From the NCBI GenBank assembly GCA_002269645.1, contig NIVC01004174.1, forward strand, positions 1 through 56,735: a DNA stretch of 56,735 nucleotides, read 5' to 3'. Both the position numbers and the translations under genes were made by a program. Shown one piece after another: positions 29,001 through 42,283 of this stretch (position 1 is the first letter of the stretch; every line of letters begins with the position of its first letter). Source of the stretch: Macrostomum lignano. Taxonomy: Eukaryota. The notes under the pieces were generated by a model. It was not told the DNA's origin, did no database searches, and saw only the letters and a program-made list of their open reading frames with translations.

Positions 29001-32000
29001 CAAGTAAAAAATTGGCGCTGCGGGTGAAACTGCCGCACAGACTATGAAAATCGGACAGAGATTCCACAAAATTAAAGGTAAGCGAACGTTCTAAATAAAA
29101 CTGTGAAAAAAAGTAAAAAAGCTACAACACAGTAACAATAAAGTTGATACCAAAAACAATTGCGCAGAGCCTTAGCTTGGCTACAGAGCGCATTCTACAG
29201 CCGCATTCTACAGCTGGGCATGGCATGCAGTGCCAACATCCAGCGCACTGGACAATGGCTAAAAGTGCATCTCTGTGCTTTACAGCTCACTACCCCGCTG
29301 CAAGCCAAATTTGATTACTTTTTTACTGCCTTACGAGTAACTGCGTCATTCATAGAATTGAACACTTTCTTGAAGACTGGCTTTCAAAACAAATTCCACA
29401 AAATGCACAGGCTGCACAGCACAGGCGAAGCAGGCAGCTCAGATAGGTGGTGAATAGTTGCTACCTTATTACAAAGAGAATGAAAACTTCTATAAGAAGT
29501 GAGCACAGTGTGAGCAGATCTCACTTGGGCGGTGGCGAATCCTCGTCTGGGGAGACGTCGCTGAGGAACCTTCAATGCGGATTTTCAGGTGCGAATTAGC
29601 TGCACTTTTAGCAGTGGGTGACGGGCGTGAAGGCGGTTCTGTGATGGATGGGGCGTGAAGGCGGTTCTGTGATGGACGGGGCGTGAAGGCGGTTCTGTGA
29701 TGGACGGGGCGTGAAGGCGGTTCTGTGATGGACGGGGCGTGAAGGCGGTTCTGTGATGGACGGGGCGTGAAGGCGGTTCTGTGATGGACGGGGCGTGAAG
29801 GCGGTTCTGTGATGGATGGGGCGTGAAGGCGGTTCTGTGATGGACGGGGCGTGAAGGCGGTTCTGTGATGGACGGGGCGTGAAGGCGGTTCTGTGATGGA
29901 CGGGGCGTGAAGGCGGTTCTGTGATGGACGGGGCGTGAAGGCGGTTCTGTGATGGACGGGGCGTGAAGGCGGTTCTGTGATGGATGAGGCGTGAAGGCGG
30001 TTCTGTGATGGATGAGGCGTGAAGGCGGTTCTGTTATGAAAGCGATCATTTAAAAAAGGCATAAAAGCTATAAAAAAACTAATTAGGCATTTTTGGGGCA
30101 GTGTTTGTCAGCGCTTGTGTAGTTTAAACTTCAATTTTAAAATGTTTTGGACATCTTAAGCGCCTTCAGCCAGCTAATACGCATGAGCACTCACGCATCT
30201 CCCAGACTCTTGGACTTGCGATGAGACACCATAGTAACGGCCCCGGCGCCATCCCCAGACACGTAGCAACAGTCCAGCCCCTGGGGCGGCTTCAGGCGCA
30301 CCGAATCCGGCTGGTGCTGCTGCCGCTGCCGCCGCCTCTGCTGGCCGTCGCCGTCTTGACCGCCTCCTCGGTGAACCAGCAGCTGACTGTCGGAGCCCTG
30401 CTTCGGCTCCAGCTCCAGGGAAATGTTATAATTCTCCGCCTCGATGATGCTCTGCATCTCCTCTATGTAGCTCTGCGACTCCAGGTAGCGGCGGATGTGC
30501 GGCTTGCTGGGGAAAGCTGCGGGATCGGAGCGCCTTAGCTGTTTGAATCATTCTTGCCTATTAAATGTGCGCCAGGTTAATCACAGGTTAATCACAGGTT
30601 AATCACAGGTTAATCACAGGTTAATCACAGGTTAATCACAGGTTAATCACAGGTTAATCACAGGCTCTCACAGTAAGCGGACTGCTGATTCTCAGATATG
30701 ATGCGGCAGATGTTGTTCATCTGGTCCGTGCGAGACTGGGCCTCCAGCAGGCCGCCAGTGCTGGGGTAGCAGGCGTCAATGTACACCAGATCGTTCATGT
30801 ACAGGCCTGCGGGATGGTGCAGTAGCATCGGGTTCTGTTTCAAGCTATCTAACACTTCTATCTCAAGCTATCTAACAATTCTATCTCAAGCTATCTAACA
30901 ATTCCATCTCAAGCTATCTAACACTTCTATCTCAAGCTATCTAACAATTCTATCTCAAGCTATCTAACAATTCTATCTCAAGCTATCTAACAATTCTATC
31001 TCAAGCTATCTAACAATTCTGTTTCAAGCTATCTAACAATTCTATCTCAAGCTATCTAACAATTCTATCTCAAGCTATCTAACAATTCTATCTCAAGCTA
31101 TCTAACAATTCTGTTTCAAGCTATCTGACAATTCCATCTCAAGCTATCTAACAATTCTATCTCAAGCTATCTAACAATTCTATCTCAAGCTATCTAACAA
31201 TTCAGTTTCAAGCTATCTAACAATTCAGTTTCAAGCTATCTGACAATTCCATCTCAAGCTATCTAACAATTCTATCTCAAGCTATCTAACAATTCTATCT
31301 CAAGCTATCTAACAATTCTGTTTCAAGCTATCTAACAATTCTATCTCAAGCTATCTAACAATTCTATCTCAAGCTATCTAACAATTCTGTTTCAAGCTAT
31401 CTGACAATTCCATCTCAAGCTATCTAACAATTCTATCTCAAGCTATCTAACAATTCTATCTCAAGCTATCTAACAATTCTATCTCAAGCTATCTAACAAT
31501 TCTGTTTCAAGCTATCTGACAATTCCATCTCAAGCTATCTAACAATTCTATCTCAAGCTATCTAACAATTCTATCTCAAGCTTCTAACAATTTTATCTCA
31601 AGCTTCTAACAATTCTATCTCAAGCTATCTGACAATTCCATCTCAAGCTATCTAACAATTCTATCTCAAGCTATCTAACAATTCTATCTCAAGCTTCTAA
31701 CAATTTTATCTCAAGCTTCTAACAATTCTATCTCAAGCTATCTAACAATTCTGTTTCAAGCAATCTAAAAATTCTGTTTCAAACTATCTAACACTTCTAT
31801 CTCAAGCTATCTGACAATTTTATCTCAAGCTATCTAACAATTCTATCTCAAGCTATCTAACAATTCTATCTCAAGCTATCTGACAATTCCATCTCAAGCT
31901 ATCTAACAATTCTATCTCAAGCTATCTAACAATTCTATCTCAAGCTTCTAACAATTTTATCTCAAGCTTCTAACAATTCTATCTCAAGCTATCTAACAAT

Positions 32001-34768
32001 TCTGTTTCAAGCAATCTAAAAATTCTGTTTCAAACTATCTAACACTTCTATCTCAAGCTATCTGACAATTTTATCTCAAGCTATCTAACAATTCTATCTC
32101 AAGCTATCTAACAATTCTATCTCAAGCTATCTGACAATTCCATCTCAAGCTATCTAACAATTCTATCTCAAGCTATCTAACAATTCTATCTCAAGCTTCT
32201 AACAATTTTATCTCAAGCTTCTAACAATTCTATCTCAAGCTATCTAACAATTCTGTTTCAAGCAATCTAAAAATTCTGTTTCAAACTATCTAACACTTCT
32301 ATCTCAAGCTATCTGACAATTTTATCTCAAGCTATCTAACAATTCTATCTCAAGCTATCTAACAAATATATTTCAAGCTATCTGACACTTCTATCTCAAG
32401 CTATCTGACACTTCTATCTCAAGCTATCTGACACTTCTATCTCAAGCTATCTAACAATTCTGTTTCAAGCAATCTAACAATTCTATCAAACTATCTAAAA
32501 ATTCTGTTTCAAGCTATCTAACAATTCTATCTCAAGCTATCTAACAATTCTATCTCAAGCTATCTAACAATTCTATCTCAAGCTATCTAACAATTCTATC
32601 TCAAGCTATCTGACAATTCTATCTCAAGCTATCTAACAATTCTATCTCAAGCTATCTAACAATTCTGTTTCAAGCTATCTAACAATTCTATCTCAAGCTA
32701 TCTAACAATTCTATCTCAAGCTATCTAACAATTCTATCTCAAGCTATCTAACAATTCTATTTCAAGCTATCTAACAATTCTATCTCAAGCTATCTAACAA
32801 TTCTATTTCTAATTATCAAACTTCGATTTCTAATTATTTGACTTTTATTTCAAACTGGGTTTTTAAGTGCTATTTGACTTTCTGGGTTCAAATTCGGAAT
32901 GCCATATTAAAAACCAGGAACGCTGGCAGCAGGAATGAGTCAAAAACTTCTCAAAAAATACAAACAACTCAAGAAATGTTAAAGAAGTCTTGCCAGCAGC
33001 AACCCCAGCCTCACCAAGATAAGGAATGATGGGCAGCCGGGCCTCCTGCAGGAAGCGGCGCAGTCTGTCGTGGTTGTTGTCCGCAGAGAACAGGTCCACC
33101 AGTCGCTGGTAGGCGTCGCAGCACTTCCTGGGCAGAAGGTCCCAGGTTCGCTTCAACCGATAGACCGGCTGCGATTGCAGCGCGGCCAGCACGGCGAAGG
33201 CGGCGTGCAGGTTCTGGTGGCGCAGCAGCTTCTTGCCCAGCCGGATGAAGTGCGCCAGCACCGCGGCCCGGTGCGGCAGCTGCTTGGCCTCCAGGATGCA
33301 GCGCTGGGCCCAGAAGTTCACCCGGTTGAACAGCAGGGTGAACCTGACCACGTTCGGCGCTCGGACCAGCTTGTCCCGCTTGGACCAGCCCAGGCTTGTC
33401 AGCTCGTCCGGAGTGATGGCCTGGGGGTGCGGGGTTTGGGAGCTGGGATCTCAAACTGAGATTTACGATCTAGAATCCCACCCTGAGATCTCCGATCTAG
33501 AATCTCACCCTGAGATTTCAGATCTAGAATCTCACCGAGATCTCCGCTCTAGAATCTCACCCTGATACTTTCGCTATAGAATTTCACCCTGAGATCTCCG
33601 ATCTAGAATCTCACCCTGATATTTTCGCTCTAGAATTTTACCCTGATATTTCCGCTCTAGAATCTCACCCTGAAGATGCTAGATTTAGAATCTCACCCTG
33701 AGATGTCCTATCTAGAATCTCACCCTGAGATCTCCGATCTAGAATCTCACCCTGATATTTTCGCTCTAGAATTTCACCCTGATATTTCCGCTCTAGAATC
33801 TCACCCTGAAGATGCTAGATTTAGAATCTCACCCTGAGATGTCCGATCTAGAATCTCACCTTGAGATTTCCGATCTAGAATCTCACCCTGAAATTTCCGA
33901 TCTAGAATCTCACCCTGAGATTTCAGATCTAGAATCTCACCGAGATCTCCGCTCTAGAATCTCACCCTGATACTTTCGCTATAGAATTTCACCCTGAGAT
34001 CTCCGATCTAGAATCTCACCCTGATATTTTCGCTCTAGAATTTCACCCTGATATTTCCGCTCTAGAATCTCACCCTGAAGATGCTAGATTTAGAATCTCA
34101 CCCTGAGATGTCCTATCTAGAATCTCACCCTGAGATCTCCGATCTAGAATCTCACCCTGATATTTTCGCTCTAGAAGTTCACCCTGATATTTCCGCTCTA
34201 GAATCTCACCCTGAAGATGCTAGATTTAGAATCTCACCCTGAGATGTCCGATCTAGAATCTCACCCTGAGATCTCCGATCTAGAATCTCACCCTGATATT
34301 TTCGCTCTAAAATTTCACCCTGATATTTCCGCTCTAGAATCTCACCCTGAAGATGCTAGATTTAGAATCTCGCCCTGAGATCTCCGATCTAGAATCTCAC
34401 CCTGATATTTCCGCTCTAGAATCTCACCCTGAGACACCAATCCCCAAATCTGCCAGCAGATTTCACCTGGAATTCCCGCAGAAATATGAGCGTCAGTTCG
34501 CGCGCCAGGTCCTCGGCAGGCACCCTGGTCAGCTCGAACAGCACGGTCTCGTGGTCGGACTGCGGCTCGTCCGCGGCGGCCTGCAGATCAGGGAAGAATC
34601 CCGCAGAGCCGACGGGATCGGCGGGGCCCGGAAGGGAGTCGCTGCGCTTCGGGCCCGACACGCAGCCGACAGCCAAACCGCCGCTTTCGCTGCCGCCCGC
34701 GCCGAAGCATCCGGCAAAGTGCGCCAGACCGTCTGCGTGGTCAATGGAGTCCTGCAGGCGGTGCACGG
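26025..34768 (-). CDS. RALGPS: RalGPS-type Ral guanine nucleotide exchange factor (CDC25 GEF plus C-terminal PH domain); first exon not located
   Basis: Phase-consistent exons 34768-34467, 33420-33015, 30806-30672, 30516-30195, 28142-27964, 27453-26902 and 26317-26025. Motifs: [126 protein letters not shown] start [21 protein letters not shown] on - at 25971-25976. Confidence 0.92.
26470..26850 (+). repeat. Intronic 28-29 bp minisatellite (GGGATTAGAGATTGGAGATGATGTGAAT)
   Basis: About 13 degenerate copies in the last RalGPS intron. Confidence 0.9.
27470..27840 (+). repeat. Intronic 21-bp minisatellite (GGGTCAGGACTGGGGGTGAGT)
   Basis: About 17 copies. Confidence 0.9.
28310..28935 (+). repeat. 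Intronic 24-bp minisatellite (TTCTCAAGGACGTTTCAGAGGGGG)
   Basis: About 25 copies. Confidence 0.92.
29624..30035 (+). repeat. Intronic 28-bp minisatellite (GAAGGCGGTTCTGTGATGGACGGGGCGT)
   Basis: About 14-15 near-identical copies. Confidence 0.95.
30574..30663 (+). repeat. 11-bp repeat (GGTTAATCACA) x8
   Basis: Perfect tandem copies filling most of intron 30517-30671. Confidence 0.95.
30838..32808 (+). repeat. 23-bp minisatellite (TCTATCTCAAGCTATCTAACAAT), about 85 copies
   Basis: Fills intron 30807-33014; contains a 251-bp higher-order repeat. Confidence 0.97.
33465..34432 (+). repeat. 27-bp minisatellite (AATCTCACCCTGAGATCTCCGATCTAG), about 35 copies
   Basis: Fills intron 33421-34466; 136-bp and about 405-bp super-periods. 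Confidence 0.96.
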
Positions 34769-37700
34769 CTGAATGAGTACACTGTGCTCTTCTTTTCAAA
34801 GAAAGTATTAGAGAAAACTGAGAATTAAAATCTTCAAGATTGTCGAGGTATTCAATAAATTCATCAAGAGGCAGACATGACCAAGGACCAGTAGTTGCCA
34901 TAAGGTAAAGAAATAACATTTCTAAGTAATTCAAAGTCAAGATTGTACTACCAGGCGTATTTCTACAAGATGAAGACAAAAGTATGAAATTCTCACTTTA
35001 AAATGACTCAGATTGACACTAAAAGCTGCCTACCATGTACAGGGAAATGTTGGACAGGGAGGCACACTTCTGCTGTGGCTGCAGCTGTTGGTATGGTTCG
35101 ATCCAGCTCATGCAGGTGTCATTAACATAGCAATAAGCTGACAGGATGCCAACTTTGGTACACATGCAGATACTGCTGGATGCCTGGCCATCTTGGCATG
35201 CAAGTTGCATTTGAGACCACACCACTCAGCTCATGGATTTGATGGTCATTGCCAGCTGCCACAGATAGCATGCAAATAACAAAATAGTTGATTCTTAATA
35301 GTTCATCACCAATTGATAGTAAAAATTCAAAGTTTTTTATTTATAATTCCAAAATTTCTAAGCAAAAGTTAGTTTTTTACATAATTTTTTTCAATTTATA
35401 CCTTCATACAGTTTAAAAAAAATTTATTGAGAGATTTATTTTATTATAAAGAACAATACTTTATATATATATATTAATACAATTTTCTTCTTGTCTCATA
35501 TTTTGGCTAGATCTTGAATGTTTTCAAATTTACCCAAGATCTAGATTTACCCAGGATTATGATATATAGATTAAGTAGTTACAATTTGTACATATTATTT
35601 CATAACTTTCAACTTGGTTGGACTCTACTTTCAACTACTCTTCAACTACTTTAACTTATATTTTTTTATTACAAATCATTTATTTTGAGCTAACTAAAAA
35701 CTACCACTTTTTTTAAGTCTTGTTTAGCCCTATTGCCAACAATAAAGAATAAGTACTTTTTTATAGTAATCTAGATTAAAAATATTCTATTCTATTCAAA
35801 TTCTATATATATATATATGCACTAGATGCACTAAAAACTATCTAGCAAATTTTACCAATGAATATATCATAATAGGATAATTTAAAGATAAAAAAAAGAA
35901 AAAACATTATTAGACATTTATATCAATAAAGCCATAGCAATACATAATTTGCACTTGTTTTTTGAAATTCTAACAAACTAATTTTGACTTTATACTATTT
36001 ATTTCTTTTTGTAATCAAAGTAATAAAATACTTAGTTAGTGTCAAAATAATAATTAGGTCCTTGCTAGAAATATAACAGATTTAATACAATATGTTAGAG
36101 CCTATAGGTCTAGATTAAATGTTTTTTAAATTTTATATATTTTTATGCATAGCATCTATTATGGCATAGGGCATAGGGGCTTATGCCGCTTATATTTATT
36201 ATTCAATCTGATAACAATGGTATGTAGTGTTGCATTGCAACAATTAAATATAGGTGTAGCAATAGGCGTGTGCGTTGTCCAAAATTCTTGATTTTTTGTA
36301 TTGTTGCCTACAAAAACGGAACCCAGGTAAGGCCAAACGCCAAACACATTTTGGTATCGATTACCACGTTTAATATTTTTTTAATCTTCAGCCAGCCAGC
36401 CATGTGCCATGTACGTCCCATGTGAGCAAATTAGCATGTCGAATAAGTTAGACAGTAAGTCGCCAAAAATTCCTACAAGTCAAAAGTATCATCTTAAATT
36501 TTTTTATTTGATAACTGATATTTTGGTATCCTGAAACATAACTGGGTTTTGATTTTAAAGGAACTTAAAAAAGCAGCAGCTTGGAAATACAACAGTACTT
36601 TACCCATTTTAAATCTAATAAGGACTCTCTTGCTAAAATATAACAAATCGTCGCCAAACGTTTTGAATTACGGATACTTTGTGACTTTAATGATTTTAGA
36701 AATACATCGAATTTTAGTGTATGAATGAGTAAGGTAAAAAATTAAAAGAGATATGCGAACTAAAGCTTCGTTTCTTCAATGTAACGAAACTCAGCCTAAA
36801 TATGTCTAACACAATATTCTACATGTAGTGTAGTGGCATCTTGTGCCAAGTTTTACCAGCCGGTACTCGATTTCCGACAAAAAAACCTTTGTTTGGGTTG
36901 CAAAAAGTTATATGACGTACTGCGCCTTCGGTCTGGTACGCAAAAATTTAATGCTATTTTCCTCGGTGCTAAAGTTACTTTACAGGGTAAGAGCTAGCAA
37001 ACTTAGTCCCGAAACTGGAGGAATCCAAGTCTTTCCCCGTATGACTCACTATAGCTCCCTGGTTGGAATTTAGAGCACATACTGGCACAGGAAGTGGATC
37101 ATTGCAAGCAATAATTGATTTTTGGAGTCTGTTGCGGTTTCCAACAAGCGCATCTGTATTGTCGGGGGGTGGTATTGCTACATGTATGTTGTTTGAATCA
37201 TGTTGATACACTGTAAAAGTACATGTAGCTCGTGCAAATGTGCAAGGTACATAGGGACAGTGTTTGTACAAAAAGTATTAGTATTTGGCTCATTCAAATG
37301 CAGTGAATGAGGCTCGAGGTGCATTGCATATTCATTTCAATTAGTACTCACGTTATTCTCTGTTAAGTTTTGGGAGCTGCAAAAACTCAATTTCAATAAA
37401 AAGTGATTAATGTTTACAATGCACTTATAAACCCCCACAGTCTCGAACGGTTCTGGGGAAAATGTGTTGAAAGTTTGAAAAACTCTTAAAATAGCACCCG
37501 AGATTTTAATAGACAAATTAGGCATGTCTCGTGTAATCTGTACTGAATGCGTGCAGCAAATTACATCATAAATACAGGTACTCTTGGTCCACTTCGATTA
37601 CGAGAACTAAAATGATCAAGACTGCCGACTAATACGAAAGTGGATTATTTATGAGCAAACACTTTGTCGCGTAGATGAAGCTGAGAAGAGGAGGCTTGGC

Positions 37701-38053
37701 GACTGAGAGAGATAGAAATAGAGAGAGGGGCAGAAAAATTAAAGTAACGCAAGAGTAGAACACACCAAAAGAGATTAGCGCTCAACGTTAGCAGCTGTAC
37801 AATGCCAAACCCTTGAGTGCAGAAGCGCGCTTGGCAACAGGCTGCACCTCAACTTTTTTCATGCTCAAAATTCCAATAAACACCGCTTCTCATTGTCTCT
37901 GCGCCGTCCAAATGCACCCAAGCGTACAAGCAGCTTTTTTCACGCCACCGTCAGTACCAAAAGCAAGGCTTGCATATACACCAGGGCCGCAACAAAAAGC
38001 CTTTAGAACGCACCAGTAGGAAAAAATTTGAATCGCCGACTTAACAAAGAAAA

Positions 38054-40279
38054 ATGACCGACGTGGAGGATGAACTCGAAGAGCAGTTGCAGAAGCACGA
38101 AAACATTTTAGCCATGTGCTGCAGCAGACAGTCCATGTACGAGGACCCGGAGTTTCCAGCCAACGATCGAGCCATCAAGCACACCGGATCGACTGGCAGG
38201 TACGGAATAAAGTGGCTCCGACCGAAGCAAATCAATCCAAATGCAACTTTCATTAAGGACGGCTTCTCAAGAAGCGACATCTCGCAGGGCGGCCTGGGCG
38301 ATTGCTGGATCCTTGCAGCGATGGCTGGCATGGCTGAGAGACCCGAGATCATCAACCGAGTCGTGCCTGAAGGCCAGTCGATAGAGGCACCCAACTACTG
38401 TGGCGCATTTCGGTTCAGATTTCGCAAGTTCGGCAAGGAGGTCGAGATCTTGGTGGACGATCGGCTGCCCACGGAGGGCGGCAGGACGATCTACACAGAG
38501 CCGCTGAACGGTGAGTTCTGGGTCTGCCTGTTGGAGAAGGCTTTAGCAAAGTTCTACGGTTGCTACGAGGCTCTTGAGGGCGGCGTCATCTTTGAAGCGC
38601 TGGCCGACCTGACTGGTGGAGTCTGCGAGGAGATCAAGCTGAAAGACTGGAAGGAAAGTCAGCACCCGAAACTGGCCAGACACATCGAGCGCTGCCTGAA
38701 CAGGAAAGGCTCCGTGATTGGCGCCTCCAGCATTCCCAGTCACAACGGTGACGATTACGAGATGGGAAACGGGCTGGTTTACAGCCACGCCTACACCATC
38801 ACTGGACTTAAAGTCATTCAGGTAGGCGATTTCATTTGATTCATTTGAATCTTGTGTTGTTTGTTGCCACCTGAAACACAAATTGGATCTGATTTGAAAG
38901 TGATCTGATCTTTACAGACAGCTAAGTTTGTAGTTTGTAGTACTTTCCCGACATTTGAACTTTAAGCGGAAAAGGTTCTGGTATAAAGCGTCAGAAACAA
39001 ATGTTAGGAGGATGTCCAACAAACAGTTTTGAACCACCGTTAATTAAGTCATTCGGAATTCGTAACACCAAGGTAAAAACCGGGTCCGCTATGGGTAAGT
39101 GGCGCGATCTCGAACTCATCCGCGTGCGCAACCCGTGGGGCTCCACCGAGTGGGGAGGCGACTGGTCGGACAACTACCGAGGCTGGAGCGAGGAGCAGAA
39201 GAGAGCGGTCCAGCTGGTCAGCCGAGACGACGGTGAGTTCTGGATGAGCTTCGTCGATTTCGCCAAATTCTTTCGAGCCGTCACCATCCTGCACTTTGGC
39301 TCGCCGGCGGAGAGCTCCTTTGGCCGCGATGGCGGTCTCGGAGGCCGCGGAGCCACCGAGTGGCGCTGTCACGAGTTCTATGGCGAGTGGAAGAAGGGAG
39401 TGAGTGCAGGCGGTCAGCCCTACTACAGGGACAGCCACTTTACTAATCCACAGTTTGTTGTCGAGCTGGTTGACTCGCCCGATGATGAGGACGACACAGC
39501 GGCGTGTTTGGTAAGTCGGTTTTTTCGGCTGGATGTTTATATTAGTGTCAACTTTTATATATGAGCTGCGAAAAATTCTCATTCTAAATTGTAAGTCTAT
39601 ACTTTATCAAAGCATGGTTAATTGAATTTAACGACGCATTTAGCGTCATCTTTTCCTCGAAAATGCAGCACTGTCTTAATTTATTTTTGACCGTACATGT
39701 AGAAGAATCGACGACTACGTAACTGCAAGAAGGAGGCAGAAGTCTCAAGTTAGGAGCTCTTGATTTCGAGAACCCGAGAAAAAAGCAAAATACAGAAGCA
39801 ACCGTGACCAATGAAACATTTCCAAAATCCGAAAACAAAAGTGCATTGTGAGAGATCTGTTTGTTAGAGTTTATTGTTTGTTTGTGTCATTGATACTCGT
39901 AGATCTACTCAAAATTTCCAATCAAAAAGACGCCACAAAGCATGCTCAAAATCAGCAGCTTCAACCCCCCCCCCCGCGACCGCACGCCGTTTTCCAGGTG
40001 AGCCTGGAAGAGCCGGACCAGCGCATTTTGCAGGCTGGGAGGCGGGACTACGCGGCCAAGGCGGTGTTTCTCTACAGCCTGGCGCCCGGCCAGACGCACG
40101 TCGCAGCGTCGGCTGGCGGCAGACGGCTGGCTCCCGCGGCGGACAGCTGCCCGTTCACGCAGTCGCGAACGCATGTCTTCAGGTTCCAGATGAAGCCGGG
40201 CCGGTACGCGGTGATGCCGTGCACCTTTGAGCCGGGGGAGGAGACTGAATTCCTGCTGCGCGTGTTCACCGAGGCCTGA
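38054..40279 (+). CDS. Calpain (CysPc plus domain III/C2L, no penta-EF-hand), about 495 aa
   Basis: Exons 38054-38821, 39073-39510 and 39998-40279 (1488 nt). Catalytic triad QGGLGDCW, HAYTIT, RNPWG; DDGEFWMSF; domain III motifs GEWKKGVSAGG, NPQFVVEL, PGRYAVMPCTFEPGEETEFLLRVFTE then stop. Confidence 0.93.
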
Positions 40280-40758
40280 GAAGCTTAGACCACGACTTTA
40301 CTACTTAAAGATCGGTCTCTTACACACAAATTATAGCGTATTAATATTGTAACTCAAAGCAAAAGACCAAATCTGATTTCTTCAAAGATTTTTTAAAACG
40401 AATTATCTGAGATTTTACGTTCTTCCACTTGACTTTTTATTCAGTAGATTATCGTATTTTCGAGACGAGGTTTTCGAACAAATACACCGAGAATCAAATC
40501 TGCGACGTTATTTTTAACATTATCAATAGTTTACACTTTGTCATTAACTGTTTACCATAGCAAGCTTTCAAACTTTATGCCTTTGATAGATGCTCTGGTT
40601 CGACCTAAACATTCTTCAGAAGCACGCAAAAAGTTGTAAAACTAGCTCTACATCAATTATCATAATGACATTGCAAGCAAGTGTTACGTATTTTCGACTC
40701 AGAATTCAAGTGGAATATTAGTTCAAATTAACAACTCGTAGTTTACACTGACGCAGTG

Positions 40759-42283
40759 CTACTTGGAAACGTTTTTGAAACGGTGCCGAAAGCAGTTCGG
40801 AACGCAGGAGCTCTTGCTGCCGCTTGTGCACTCGACTCGGAGTTGGGACACAACTCTCTGCAGAATCACTGGGCGATTCTTGGCCGATAGAAAAAGCCTA
40901 CAGAGCCTGTTACGAATGACAGCGTATTGCATCGACCAGTAAGTTTCGACGATCACCTTGGGAAACTTCATGTTCTCATAGAGCACGGCGATCTGCTGGG
41001 TGAGCAGAGCTACGCCGAAGTTGAGGACGAAGACTGAAACCGAATTGAACACGATAAACTGCGGCCACAGAGAGATGGAGTCGCTCACCCCAGGAAAGCT
41101 GGATAGGCTGAAAATGAAGCGAAACACCCGGCCAAAATATTCCGGAAAGCAAGCTGAAGAGTTAATCGAGCATTCGAAAAATGGGTAGCTGAGAAGCATA
41201 GTTGACCCAACAACGAACACGGGCACAAAAATGCAAAACAGCATCTTCACTGTGAAGCTACTACAGAGTAGAAGGTTTAAAAACAGTTTAAACTTTATGG
41301 CCAGATCTGAAATACACAGCATCTGCAAGATGTACATGTAGCAATAGTTGAACGTCACAATCATTTGAATGCGGGAAGAGTCGACAAACAGTTGTCCATT
41401 CAGCTCATAGTAGCTATTTGGGTCTGAAGAAACTCTGGTCTAATACCACACATCCGATCTGCTGAATAACGAATAATATCGAAATCAGCTCCATCAGGCC
41501 AACTCCTCTCATGAACAAAATATAAAAAACAGTGAAACGCTCCGAAGCGATTTCGGGCGGCCTGAAGCCGGCTGCGAAAGTAAAAAAATCGTGCCAGAAA
41601 TTCAGAACAGACAGCCAAGCAAGCTACAGATTTGCAACGCAATCCGAGCATAGATTACATAGCAAAAAGCAGCAACTAGCGATGGCGGAAGGAGCTGCAG
41701 GTAAAACCTGCTTGAATTTTCGGCACCATCAAGCAGCACCTGCACACGGGAGTCGAATGTATCCAGAGTAAATATTGGAACGTTCATTGTTAAGAGCACT
41801 GCTGCATACAGAATAACGTGAAATAGAATCGAAACTAAGCAAAGAAATAATCTCTGTTTCGTTAAAGCCACGCTCCCAAAAAAGGCTTGAACCACTGGAC
41901 TGCTGAAGAAGCAGACATCTTTTCGGGATTTTCTCATTCAAGAACGTCTGAGACAACCGCATAAACTGCAAGAACGGGGACTTTAGAAATCGGTCGCCGT
42001 CGCTGGAGTAGAGGCTGGGGTCGACCTCCTCGACCAGCAGGCTCGGGTCGGTCGGGTGCTCCCGCTCTCTGATCAGGTATCCGGGCGCATTGACAAACGC
42101 TGTCGCCAGGTGGAAGCAGTCCCTGGCCGCCGCGTACTCCAGCGGTGTCAGGCAGTCGGCCGTCAGCTCCTCGCTCAGCAGCCGAGCGCACGGGTCCGGA
42201 TGCCGGCGCGACAGTCTGGCGAAGAAGCGAGCGAGCTGCGCTTCGTCAGCGGAGCAAGCCTGACTCGAGCAGCAAAAGTCCAC
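40759..42283 (-). pseudogene. Divergent TRPV-like channel (ankyrin-like repeat plus TM region plus TRP box), frameshifted
   Basis: Collinear pieces in different frames: LTPLEYAAARDCFHLATAFV (ankyrin-like), hydrophobic S1 (RLFLCLVSILFHVILYAAVLL), YMYILQMLCISDLAIKF (S4-S5 linker-like) and VLNFGVALL...YWSMQYA (S6 and WxxQxA TRP box). Needs at least 3 frame changes. Confidence 0.5.

Noticed and set aside
35019-37525. Scattered 60-100 aa ORFs upstream of RalGPS
   Set aside because: AT-rich DNA with no recognisable motifs; the missing first RalGPS exon could not be assigned with confidence.
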